Source of the DNA: a bacterium
GTDB taxonomy: Bacteria; Patescibacteriota; UBA1384; XYA2-FULL-43-10; JAKAMI01
Direction: 5' to 3'
Assembly (NCBI GenBank): GCA_021812945.1
Contig: JAKAMI010000002.1
Location: forward strand, 1,047-65,046
DNA length: 64,000 bases
Part shown: one piece after another, positions 36,365 through 46,289 of the stretch
Layout: each line of letters begins with the position of its first letter
How positions within the stretch are numbered: position 1 is the first letter of the stretch
Translations under genes and position numbers: made by a program
Notes under the pieces: model-generated
Seen by the model: the letters and a program-made list of their open reading frames with translations, nothing else
What the model was told of the DNA's origin: nothing
Database searches by the model: none

Positions 36365-38842
36365 CTAGTCTTTTGTTACCCTCCAAACCTCTTCCAGACT
36401 GGTAAGACCGTCGAGGGCCTTGTCGATGCCTTCCTGTTTCATAGTCAACATCCCGTCCGCTATGGCGGCCTCGGTGATCTTGGACGAGGTGGCCCGAGCC
36501 AGAAGCAGTTCCTGGATTTTCTGATTGACATCCAAGACTTCGTATATGCCAATACGTCCTTTGTAGCCTGTGCCGTGACAGTTGTCACAACCCTCTCCAC
36601 GGTAAAAAACCAGCTTCTTGCCCTCCCATTTTTTGCGGGCATCCTCCGGCATTTTGGCGATCTCTTTCTTGACTTCCTCGATCTCTTTGTCAGTAACTTT
36701 GAACTCCTTTTTGCAGTCTTTGCAGATTTTGCGAGCCAATCTTTGGGCGATAACAGTATTGAGCGATGAAGTAATCAGAAACGGTTCCACTCCCATATCG
36801 ATCAGACGAGGACCGGCGCCGGCAGAATCATTTGTGTGTAATGTCGACAGTACGACATGACCGGTCAAGGCGGCGTTTACCGCCATTTCAGCGGTGTCCC
36901 GGTCGCGAATCTCTCCGATCATCACCACATCGGGATCCTGGCGGAGGATGCTGCGCAGGCCATTGGCAAAAGTATAGTTGATATCAGGATTGACTTGACT
37001 CTGATTGATGCCCGGCATCTGATACTCGATCGGGTCCTCCAGCGTCACGATATTGACCGCGACGTCGAGCAGGCGGTCGATGATGGCGTAAAGCGTGGTT
37101 GTTTTGCCGCTTCCGGTAGGACCGGTGACCAGAGTCATGCCGTGGCTTTTGTGAATACTGTTTTCCACCACGTCAAAACCGCGTCCCCGCAGGCCAAGGT
37201 CTTTGAGGGAGAGAATACCGGTCGATTTGTCCAGGATTCTCATCACAATCTTTTCGCCGAAAGCGGTCGGCATGGTTGAGACTCGAAAGTCGACTTTGCG
37301 GTTGTCGATCATCATCTGAATACGCCCATCCTGAGGTAGGCGCGATTCGTCGATCTTGATTCCCGAAAGAATTTTGATCCTCGAGGTGACCGAAGCCTGG
37401 ACCTCTTTAGGGATGGTCACTTTTTTCTGCAGAACACCATCCTCGCGGAAGCGAACATCCAAACCGTTTTCCGTCGGTTCGATGTGAATGTCCGAAGCCA
37501 GTTCGCGCACGCCTCTTTTGATTAGAGAAGTGACAATCCGCGAGACGGGAGCGTCCTCGGTAATTTTCTCGATCTTTTTCTCGGTAATCTCTCTTTGCTC
37601 TTTGCCGTCTTTGGCCTCGTCTTCGCTTTGGCTGATTGCCTCCGAAACTTCCGCCTCGACACCGGAGTATTGATCCAGAATCCGGTTAAGATCGGTTTGC
37701 ACCGTCAGTTTGGGAATGACTTCCCGCCCCGTTTGTTTTTTGATAAGCTCGACGGTTTCCAGGTCCTCCGGATCAATCATAGCCACCGTGAGCACGCCGT
37801 CGTTATCGGCGACCGGAACTACCTGATATTGGCGGGCGATTTTTTCGGGCAGTAAAGATAAGATTTTTTTATCGACGGTGGTCTTGGAGAGGTCGATGAA
37901 CTGCACTCCGGCGGCTCCGGCGTAGGGATCGCCGGCCGAGCTTTTTGGAGAAATCTCCGGATTGTCTCTTAGCGCTTGTATTTCCGATGGAGTTATCTCA
38001 TCCGGCGAGACGTTGGAAAGGTTGGTTTTCTCAGGTTGAGCCGCAGGCTGGCCCTCGACGGCGGACGAGAGGATATCGTCTTTGGTTTTTTTAACGAAAT
38101 CTTCAAAACTTATCCGAGGGCGATTTTGGGATTTGGTAATCTCGCCGATCTCATTCTCGGTCAGACTGGCCGGTTTTTCTAAATCGGCATCCGGTTTCTT
38201 GGCTTCGTTAAGCTCGGCTACCGCTACGTTGTCCGGTTGAGCGTCGGATTCGGGCGTGTCTTTGATCGGGAGCGATTGTTCCGCCAACTCTTTAAAGCTG
38301 ATGGGGGCCTGAACTTTCTCGTTGTTAACTTTCTCGTTGTTCTCGGCGAGACGATCCGCGGATTTATGATCTTCCGCTTTCAACTTCAAATCACCGGCAT
38401 CAAAAGAGGCAACCTCTCCTTCTGGTTTCGAAGGCTCAGAGTGATGAATCTTGACCTGTTCCACGGCTTTTGCCGGCTCAAGGTTACGAACAAAAATCTC
38501 ATGGTCTTTTTTGTCCGGCTCGCGGCGGTTGTTCGAGGTTGTCTTCGCTTCCGGCTCGGGAGCGTTTTTGTTGACATGTTTTTTGACCTGCGGGCTGGGG
38601 TGCCACTTGATGACATTGGTTGGAAGCATCACAATCTTATGGCCGCGGCCCCTGGGGTCCCGGATGGTTTTAGAGGGATATTTGTGAGTCAAAAAAGATC
38701 CGAAATTGGAAAAAATCAGTTTCCCCCCGTCTCTCAAAGTCTGCCCAAGACCGTCAATGAAAGCTTTGACGATCTTTTTGGCTTTTTTTTGCGAAATCCT
38801 TTCAGCTCTGGCTAAAGCTTTGATCAGGTCTTCAGTATTCAA
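36365..38842 (-). CDS. pilB: PilB/GspE pilus assembly ATPase with an N-terminal HU/IHF-like domain
   Basis: ASDIHIEP, RLPQDGR, TGPTGSGKTTT, TLEDPIEY, LRQDPDVVMIGEIRD, STLHTN and CxxC motifs; TTG start at 38842 after GGAGG. Confidence 0.92.
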   Translation of the reverse strand: MNTEDLIKALARAERISQKKAKKIVKAFIDGLGQTLRDGGKLIFSNFGSFLTHKYPSKTIRDPRGRGHKIVMLPTNVIKWHPSPQVKKHVNKNAPEPEAKTTSNNRREPDKKDHEIFVRNLEPAKAVEQVKIHHSEPSKPEGEVASFDAGDLKLKAEDHKSADRLAENNEKVNNEKVQAPISFKELAEQSLPIKDTPESDAQPDNVAVAELNEAKKPDADLEKPASLTENEIGEITKSQNRPRISFEDFVKKTKDDILSSAVEGQPAAQPEKTNLSNVSPDEITPSEIQALRDNPEISPKSSAGDPYAGAAGVQFIDLSKTTVDKKILSLLPEKIARQYQVVPVADNDGVLTVAMIDPEDLETVELIKKQTGREVIPKLTVQTDLNRILDQYSGVEAEVSEAISQSEDEAKDGKEQREITEKKIEKITEDAPVSRIVTSLIKRGVRELASDIHIEPTENGLDVRFREDGVLQKKVTIPKEVQASVTSRIKILSGIKIDESRLPQDGRIQMMIDNRKVDFRVSTMPTAFGEKIVMRILDKSTGILSLKDLGLRGRGFDVVENSIHKSHGMTLVTGPTGSGKTTTLYAIIDRLLDVAVNIVTLEDPIEYQMPGINQSQVNPDINYTFANGLRSILRQDPDVVMIGEIRDRDTAEMAVNAALTGHVVLSTLHTNDSAGAGPRLIDMGVEPFLITSSLNTVIAQRLARKICKDCKKEFKVTDKEIEEVKKEIAKMPEDARKKWEGKKLVFYRGEGCDNCHGTGYKGRIGIYEVLDVNQKIQELLLARATSSKITEAAIADGMLTMKQEGIDKALDGLTSLEEVWRVTKD

Positions 38843-39338
38843 TTTGCCCCTCCCGACCGCAAGGCGGTCGCCCCCTCGCGAAATTACGAATAAAACACAA
38901 AAATACAAAAGCGCGAATAATTCAATCAACCCCAATTATACCCCAATCGATAGGAAAATAAACGGATTATGATCTTATTGTATAATTAAGTAGTTAGGGA
39001 CTGCATATTTTCCTAGCCTCGATAGTCTAAGTTATTTATGACCCACTTTTCTTGTATAATTTTAGGGCTGGTCGACGATCCAATGTAAAAAAATGCTTTT
39101 TCGTCCGTTTGTTTTTCTCTCGGCCACCCACTCCGTACCCTGCCTTCCGCACGAGCGACTCTCTAACGTCGTCCCTCGGCTCCAGGCGCCGGCCTTCGTA
39201 AAACAAACGATCTCAACGCATTTTTGTCATTATTATTTAGACGAGCTAACCAGGTTCTTAAAACCAACTTTACAAACTTTATTACTTTTTACTTTATAAC
39301 TTCATGAACTTTTAACTTTATAAATTTCAACTGATTCT

Positions 39339-40892
39339 ATGAAGCAGGCTCTATATCAAAAATACCGGCCGAAAGATTTTTCGGCAGCCATCGGCCAAGA
39401 GAAAATCGTCCAGACGCTCAAAAACGCCTTAAAAAGCGGCCGCACCGGTCACGCTTATCTTTTTGCCGGCCAGCGAGGAACCGGCAAAACAACTTATGCC
39501 CGAATTTTGGCTCAATCGCTCAACTGTCAAAAACCCAAAGACGGGAATGGGCCGTGTTTCGATTGTCAGTTTTGCCAAGCCGCCGGAAAGGGTCAAGCCA
39601 TCGACATTATCGAGATAGACGCCGCCTCCAACCGCGGTATTGACGAGATTCGCGATTTGCGCGAGAAGATCAGATTTGCCCCGACTCTGGGGAAATATAA
39701 GGTTTACATCATCGACGAAGTCCATATGCTGACCAAAGAAGCCTTCAATGCGCTTCTAAAAACCCTTGAGGAGCCGCCGCCGCACGTTGTCTTCATCATG
39801 GCAACGACCGAAGCGCACAAGCTGCCGGCCACTATTCTTTCCCGAGTCCAGCGGTTCGACTTTGGCCGGATTCCGATCGCCGACATTACCAAGAATTTAC
39901 GCCTGATTGCCGATAAAGAGAAAATTGAAATCGACGACGAGGCTTTGTTGATCATCGCCGGCAAAGCCGACGGCAGTCACCGAGACGCTATTTCGCTCTT
40001 GGAACAGATTAAATCGTACGCTACCAAAATCTCTGCCAAGGAGGTGGGGGAGGTTTTGGGTTTGGTTGGAAATGATCTGATTTATCGGCTCCTAGGTTCA
40101 ATGGTTGAGGCTGATTTGAAGCAAGCGCTGGTTCAAATCGAGAGCTACTACGAGGGCGGTTTTGATTTGAGCCAGCTGGCCTTGTCGCTGGTGGAGACAA
40201 TCCGAAAAGCGATGCTCTTAAAATCGGGGGTCATTGAAAAATCGGACTTGACTAAGGAAGAGGCTGAGGGCATAGCCAAGTTGGAAAAATTATCTGCCGA
40301 CCGACTGATAGTCGGTATTGAACAATTATCTTCCGCAGGCAGGGAAACCAAGATTAGCTCGATTCAGAGTCTGCCGCTGGAGCTGGCAGTGTCGAGAATC
40401 GTCAAGGCATGGGATATGAACGATTCCCCTACGAAATTACAAATAGATCAACGAAAGCACAAAAGTACTAATGATACAAATTCCCATCAACCCACCTCGC
40501 GGGAGTCAAAGCCCACCCCCGAGGTGAATTCGGACATCAACAATAAAACAATGAAGCAATCGGACAATGAAACTGACGCAACTTTAGATGATAGGACTTG
40601 GAAAGAGATTCTGGATCGGATAAAGTTGCAGAACCATACCTTGCAAGCGCTGCTTCGGGATATTAAACCCCTCGGGATTGTAGAAGGAAGACTCAAGCTT
40701 TGCGCTAAGTTCAAATTTCACAAGGACAAGGTTTCCGAGATTGGAAATCGCCAGTTAGTTGAAAAGATAATTACCGAGGTGACGGGACAAAAACTGCCAA
40801 TCTTCTGCGAGCTGGCCGATGAAACCGCCGGCAAGCGAAAAGGGCTGAAAGAAGATGAGCTGTTGCAAGTAGCGGAGGAAGTGTTTTCATAA
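39339..40892 (+). CDS. dnaX: DNA polymerase III subunit gamma/tau
   Basis: ALYQKYRP, GQRGTGKTT, EIDAASNRGIDEIR, IIDEVHML, FNALLKTLEEPP. Confidence 0.95.
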   Translation: MKQALYQKYRPKDFSAAIGQEKIVQTLKNALKSGRTGHAYLFAGQRGTGKTTYARILAQSLNCQKPKDGNGPCFDCQFCQAAGKGQAIDIIEIDAASNRGIDEIRDLREKIRFAPTLGKYKVYIIDEVHMLTKEAFNALLKTLEEPPPHVVFIMATTEAHKLPATILSRVQRFDFGRIPIADITKNLRLIADKEKIEIDDEALLIIAGKADGSHRDAISLLEQIKSYATKISAKEVGEVLGLVGNDLIYRLLGSMVEADLKQALVQIESYYEGGFDLSQLALSLVETIRKAMLLKSGVIEKSDLTKEEAEGIAKLEKLSADRLIVGIEQLSSAGRETKISSIQSLPLELAVSRIVKAWDMNDSPTKLQIDQRKHKSTNDTNSHQPTSRESKPTPEVNSDINNKTMKQSDNETDATLDDRTWKEILDRIKLQNHTLQALLRDIKPLGIVEGRLKLCAKFKFHKDKVSEIGNRQLVEKIITEVTGQKLPIFCELADETAGKRKGLKEDELLQVAEEVFS

Positions 40893-40992
40893 TATCTCAG
40901 ATCTCAAAGTTCAAATCTCAAAATGACAATGAAAAATTTTGAATTTTAAACTAAACTTTGAAATTTGAACTTTGAGATCTAAATTAACTTTT

Positions 40993-42399
40993 ATGCCTAG
41001 ATCACGTAAAAAATCTACCCCGACGACTGCCTCCGGCCTCAAGGTTCCGCCGCAAAACGTGGAAGCGGAGGCCGCGGTTTTGGGAGCCCTGCTCCTGGAC
41101 AAGGATACCATCATCAAAGTGGCGGATCTTTTGATATCGGATGATTTTTACCGCACCGATCATGCCTTGATCTACGAGTCGATGCTGGGGCTATTCGAGA
41201 AGCGAGTACCGATAGATCTAGTCACATTAACCGAGAAGCTGGAGTCGCAGAAACAGTTGGATCAGGTCGGCGGCTCATCCTATCTGGCGAGTTTGGTCAA
41301 CGGAGTTTCGACTGTTGCTAACGTGGTGCATTACGCCAACATTGTCCGAGAAAAGTCCATTCTGCGCCGATTAATATCAGCGGCTGGTTCCATAACCGAG
41401 CTGGGATTTTCGGAAATCGAAGAGGTTTCCAAGGTTATGGACCAGTCCGAGCAATTATTATTTGCCGTTTCCCAGAAATATCTCAAGGACAAATTTATTC
41501 CGATCAAAGACGTTTTGGCCGAGGCCTTTGACCGGATCGACAAGATCCACCGCGACAAAGGCTCGCTCCGTGGCGTACCGACCGGCTTTAAAGATCTGGA
41601 TCTGAAGCTAGCCGGACTGCAAAAATCCGACTTGATCATCATCGCCGCCCGTCCAAGTATGGGCAAAACCTCGCTAGTTATGAACATTGCCGAGAACATT
41701 GCGGTGGAGGATAAAATTCCGGTCGGCATTTTTTCGCTGGAAATGAGTAAGGAACAGCTGGTCGAAAGACTATTATCTTCCCAATCCGGGATTGATTCTT
41801 GGAAACTGAGGACCGGAAATCTCTCAGATGAAGATTTTCCCAAGATTGGCTACGCCATGGGAATACTCTCAGAAGCTCCATTATTCATTGATGACTCACC
41901 GGTGGCTACAGTTATGGAGATTCGGGCCAAAGCCAGAAGATTGCAGATGGAGCAAGGTTTGGGCCTGATCATCATCGACTATCTGCAACTGATGGAGGGC
42001 ACACGCCATGGTAGCGATTCTAATCGGGTGCAGGAGATTTCCGAGATCTCTCGTTCGCTGAAAACTCTGGCCCGCGAACTTGAAGTGCCGGTAGTGGCCT
42101 TGTCCCAGCTCTCCCGCGCCGTCGAATCCCGCCAGCCGAAAATCCCGATGCTCTCGGACTTACGTGAATCAGGCTCCATTGAACAGGATGCCGACGTGGT
42201 GATGTTTATTTATCGCGAAGACTATTATGATAAAGACACCGATCGCAAGGGGATCACCGACATTTTAATTCGCAAGCACCGCAACGGTCCGACCGGCGAG
42301 GTCGAACTGTTCTTCCACCCGGAGCAGATGCGCTTCAGGGATCTGGACAAGAAACGAGTCGACATTCCGCCCGAGATCCTAAAGGAACAAACGGACTAA
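40993..42399 (+). CDS. dnaB: Replicative DNA helicase
   Basis: PPQNVEAEAAVLG, AARPSMGKT, FSLEMS, IDYLQL, LSQLSR, SDLRESGSIEQDAD, KHRNGPTG. Confidence 0.97.
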   Translation: MPRSRKKSTPTTASGLKVPPQNVEAEAAVLGALLLDKDTIIKVADLLISDDFYRTDHALIYESMLGLFEKRVPIDLVTLTEKLESQKQLDQVGGSSYLASLVNGVSTVANVVHYANIVREKSILRRLISAAGSITELGFSEIEEVSKVMDQSEQLLFAVSQKYLKDKFIPIKDVLAEAFDRIDKIHRDKGSLRGVPTGFKDLDLKLAGLQKSDLIIIAARPSMGKTSLVMNIAENIAVEDKIPVGIFSLEMSKEQLVERLLSSQSGIDSWKLRTGNLSDEDFPKIGYAMGILSEAPLFIDDSPVATVMEIRAKARRLQMEQGLGLIIIDYLQLMEGTRHGSDSNRVQEISEISRSLKTLARELEVPVVALSQLSRAVESRQPKIPMLSDLRESGSIEQDADVVMFIYREDYYDKDTDRKGITDILIRKHRNGPTGEVELFFHPEQMRFRDLDKKRVDIPPEILKEQTD

Positions 42400-42737
42400 A
42401 CTAAGTTCATAAACTAAGTTCATAAAGTTAAAAGTTATAAAGTTGAAAGTTAGAATGAAGAGGTGAAATCTTTTGTCATTCTTAAGCTAATGTTTGTCAT
42501 CCTGAGCCTCAAAGCGAAGAGTCCGCGCGGAGATTCTTCACTAATCGTTCAGAATGACAAAGATATGACGCGTAACAAAAGAGAGAGGCATTAACCTTCG
42601 GAATTACCTTAGGTGTGGCCTCTCATCGTGATTGTAAAGTATTGGCAGTGATGAATAATAAGACCAGTAATAGTAAATAAATTCATAAAGTTAATATATA
42701 TCAACTTGTTTAGCCTCGGGTTGGCAACAGCTGGTTC

Positions 42738-42766
42738 TTGACACGGTTTGCTAGAAAAGATACAAT
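42738..42766 (+). promoter_or_regulatory. Sigma70 promoter preceding a ~750-nt non-coding leader
   Basis: TTGACA-17 nt-TACAAT. Confidence 0.7.
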
Positions 42767-43426
42767 GATACAATCCCAAAGAAAAAAGGGAGGTAACCAC
42801 ACGGATCTTGACACAGATGAAACACAGATAGCACATTAACAATGAGGTCCCGAAATAAATTCGGGATGACAATATCGAAAAAGTGTCTGGAGGGACAGCT
42901 TTCGCTAAGTCGAAAGTTCGTAAAGTTACAAAGTTTGTAAAGTTACCATGATGAATCCCTCCGGCAGAGGGATTTTTTGGTAGGAGAGATGGGGATATCG
43001 GTTTGCCCACCCGATAAACACTAAGCATTTTATAAATCGTTAAAAGAAGTGGTTTGTAAATAGTTTAGTCCCCAGCTCTCCCATCGAAATAAGTTAAAAG
43101 TTGAAAGTTATAAAGTAACGAGTAAACTAATAACAGAAACAAAAAAACAGAAATTCAGAAAATCGAAACAAACAGAAAATCAGAAAAGAGCACATTGACA
43201 AAAGGATGGGAAAAAATAGGGAAGTTGCAAAAAGCAACCTTAGTGTAAAATACAATTTTATATTAGGGATGCCACAAAGCTAGAGATCCTTCGCCGATTC
43301 TTTCAGAATCGCTCAGGATTTCGCTAAAAGCGAAACTTTGCGACACCCCTAATGGGCGTAAGCTTTACGACCGGGTCATAATTTAAAATTATATTATCCC
43401 GACAAGTCGATTACCAGTTTGCGCCC

Positions 43427-43466
43427 AAACCAAGAAACATCCAGCAATGAGGGTGTTTTTTGGTTT
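43427..43466 (+). terminator. Terminator-like hairpin
   Basis: aaaccaagaaacatcc...gggtgttttttggttt. Confidence 0.5.
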
Positions 43467-43522
43467 AGAAAATCAAATTGGTCTAATTAGACTAATTGGT
43501 CAAATTGGTCTAATATTCAGGT

Positions 43523-44089
43523 ATGGGTGGTCACCAGGATCTGATAGTCTATCAGCAAGCGGTGCTGATTTTTGATCTCAACGTGCAGTTTTGCCGTCGG
43601 TTTTTGGACCCCATCAAAGATCGTCGAACTATCGAGCAAATGGAGCAAGCGTCTCGCAGTAGCAAGCAGAATATCGTTGAAGGCTCTCTTGGAAAAAGCC
43701 TGAAAATGAACATAAAGTTGACGGGAGTTTCACGGGCGTCGTACGGAGAATTGCTAGAAGACTACAAGGATTTTTTGCGGATACGGAATCTGAAGCTATG
43801 GCCCAAAGAAGATGAAAGAGTTCGGGAAATTCGAAGCATGCGTGTCCAAACCAATAAGGCAAATGAGTCTAATGCGGCCGATTGGTCCAATTGGACAAAT
43901 GATGCGGAAAGATTCGCCAATTTAATGGTAACTTTGATCTCTAAAGAGAACTATCTTTTGGATTGTCTTTTACGGTCTTTGGAAAACAAGTTTGTAACCG
44001 AGGGCGGTTGTGGTGAAAATTTGTTTAAGAAAAGGCTAGAGGAAAGGAATAGGACCAATAGGACAAATTGGTCCAATCGGGTCAATTAG
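43523..44089 (+). CDS. Four-helix-bundle protein (23S rRNA-IVP/bAvd-like, suffix-domain type)
   Basis: DLIVYQQA..RRTIEQMEQASRSSKQNIVEGS..VSRASYGELLEDYKDFLR..LENKFVTEGG..ENL. Confidence 0.85.
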   Translation: MGGHQDLIVYQQAVLIFDLNVQFCRRFLDPIKDRRTIEQMEQASRSSKQNIVEGSLGKSLKMNIKLTGVSRASYGELLEDYKDFLRIRNLKLWPKEDERVREIRSMRVQTNKANESNAADWSNWTNDAERFANLMVTLISKENYLLDCLLRSLENKFVTEGGCGENLFKKRLEERNRTNRTNWSNRVN

Positions 44090-44111
44090 TCTAATAGGTC
44101 AAATAAGACTA

Positions 44112-46187
44112 ATGGGTATTTTGGAGCAACTTAATCCTGAACAACGTGAAGCTGTGACCACCACCAGTGGTCCAGTTTTAGTGCTCGCGGGTGCAGGCAG
44201 CGGCAAAACTAGAGCGTTGACCTACCGGATTGCTTATCTGATTCAAGAAAAACGGGTTTCACCGTATTCGATACTAGCCGTGACCTTCACTAATAAGGCA
44301 GCGCACGAAATGAGTAACCGGGTTGCCCGCCTGCTCGCGTTTTCGTTGAATAAGACCAATTGGCCAAATGAGTCTAATTTGACCAATAAACTTCCTTGGC
44401 TGGGGACGTTTCACTCCATTTGCGTCAAAATTCTAAGACGCGAAGCCAACCACCTGGGTTACGAGCGCAGCTTCACTATCTACGACGATCAAGACCAGCA
44501 AGCGGTCATCAAAAAGATCTTACGAGATCTGCAGCTCGACCCTAAGAAAACTTCACCATCATCGATATCTTACTTTATCTCCGGGGCCAAAGCTGAACTT
44601 ATGACAGCGGCCGAATATACCAAGTATGCAACTTATGGCTTTCAGAAAATTGTCAGTGAGGTCTATTTCGCTTATGAAAAAGCTCTGAAGCGAGCCGAGG
44701 CAATGGACTTTGACGACCTAATTCTAAACTGCGTGCGCCTATTTCGTGAGTTCCCGGAGCTGTTAGAAAAATATCAGCGTCAGTTTCAATATATTTTAAT
44801 CGACGAGTACCAGGACACCAACCACGCCCAATACGTTTGGGCTAAATTGCTGGCTTCAGACCATCACAATATTTGTGTGGTGGGCGATGATTTTCAGTCG
44901 ATCTATTCTTGGCGCGGGGCGAATTTTCGCAACATTTTAGACTTCGGCAAAGATTATCCGGAAGCTAAAATTATCAAAATGGAGCAGAACTATCGCTCGA
45001 CCAAATCAATTCTGGGTGCGGCGCAGGGGGTGATAGAAAAGAATAAGGATCGAACCGACAAGAAACTTTGGACCGAGAACAAAGAGGGGGTGCCGGTAAC
45101 GGTTTTCGAGGCGGGGAGCGACCGTGACGAAGCGGACTTTGTCACTCGCGAAATTCGCGCTCTGAGAATGAACAGCCTAAATTACTCAGATTTTGCCATT
45201 TTATACCGTACTAATGCTCAGTCGCGGCAGTTTGAGGAGACTTTTATCCGCTACGGCATCCCGTACCAAATTATCGGCGGAGTCAGCTTCTACCAACGGC
45301 GCGAAGTGAAGGATGTCATCGCTTACCTGCGCTACATTCACAATCCGCGAGACCTGGTCTCGTTGGAGCGGATTATAAATGTACCGGCTCGGGGGATTGG
45401 GCCAAAAACAGCGGAGCTGCTTTTGGAAGTCAAAAGTCAAAAGTCAAAAGTCAAAAGTATGGAAGAGCTACCAGATAAGGTCAGAAAGTTTGAGGAGATG
45501 ATTACCAGTTTGCGTGAATACTATCAGAAACATTCCATAGTCGAGCTAATAGATACCTTGGCTCGAATGACGGGGTATAAGGATTATCTGCTGGACGGGA
45601 CGCCGGAGGGAGAGGCGAGGTGGGAAAACATTGAGGAGCTGATGAACATTGCGGCGGCACAAGCCGCCCCCTACGAAAATACAAAAGAAGGCACGAAAGT
45701 ACGAAAGTACAAATCTGGAGACGAACCGGTACCTCAGAATACCATTCCAGCCTCTCGCTCCGTCATTCCTGCGAAAGCAGGAATCCAGACTGGATCCCAG
45801 ATCGAGTCTGGGATGACGAGTAGCCGCGAGACGGATAATCAACTCGAGGAGTTTCTTGAGCGGGTTAGTTTGTATCAAGACTCGGAAAAATTGGACAAAG
45901 ACCGCGATGCGGTGGTTTTAATGACTTTGCACGCAGCCAAGGGCTTGGAATACGATACGGTTTTCATCGCCGGTCTGGAGGAAGGTATTTTCCCGCACTC
46001 CAGAAGCTTGACCGAAAAAGATCAGTTGGAGGAGGAGAGACGGCTTTGTTACGTCGGCATGACCCGGGCACAGAAAAGGCTATACCTGCTATATGCCCGC
46101 CAGCGGCTTTTTCATGGCAACATAATGGCGTCTCTCCCCTCAAGATTTTTGGGGGAAATACCAGCAGAGTTCACAGACATTCTGTGA
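44112..46187 (+). CDS. pcrA: ATP-dependent DNA helicase PcrA/UvrD with in-frame repeat insertions
   Basis: LNPEQREAV, AGAGSGKT, TFTNKAA, DEYQDTN, VGDDFQSIYSWRGA, QNYRS, TLHAAKGLE, EERRLCYVGMTRA. Confidence 0.95.
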   Translation: MGILEQLNPEQREAVTTTSGPVLVLAGAGSGKTRALTYRIAYLIQEKRVSPYSILAVTFTNKAAHEMSNRVARLLAFSLNKTNWPNESNLTNKLPWLGTFHSICVKILRREANHLGYERSFTIYDDQDQQAVIKKILRDLQLDPKKTSPSSISYFISGAKAELMTAAEYTKYATYGFQKIVSEVYFAYEKALKRAEAMDFDDLILNCVRLFREFPELLEKYQRQFQYILIDEYQDTNHAQYVWAKLLASDHHNICVVGDDFQSIYSWRGANFRNILDFGKDYPEAKIIKMEQNYRSTKSILGAAQGVIEKNKDRTDKKLWTENKEGVPVTVFEAGSDRDEADFVTREIRALRMNSLNYSDFAILYRTNAQSRQFEETFIRYGIPYQIIGGVSFYQRREVKDVIAYLRYIHNPRDLVSLERIINVPARGIGPKTAELLLEVKSQKSKVKSMEELPDKVRKFEEMITSLREYYQKHSIVELIDTLARMTGYKDYLLDGTPEGEARWENIEELMNIAAAQAAPYENTKEGTKVRKYKSGDEPVPQNTIPASRSVIPAKAGIQTGSQIESGMTSSRETDNQLEEFLERVSLYQDSEKLDKDRDAVVLMTLHAAKGLEYDTVFIAGLEEGIFPHSRSLTEKDQLEEERRLCYVGMTRAQKRLYLLYARQRLFHGNIMASLPSRFLGEIPAEFTDIL

Positions 46188-46289
46188 ACATCTGCCCCCT
46201 CGCAAAAGTACAAATGGCGGCACGAAAGTACAAAAGTACAAATAATTCCATAGGACTGACTCTGGACTTTTGAATCAAGGACTCTTATA

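Noticed and set aside
39085-39230. SRP RNA or oriC upstream of dnaX
   Set aside because: No SRP domain IV (CAGG..GGAA..AGCAG) and no clustered DnaA boxes; it appears to be another imperfect hairpin repeat.
42609-43028. 139-aa minus-strand ORF
   Set aside because: It runs antisense through a promoter and repeat arrays and has no protein-like features.
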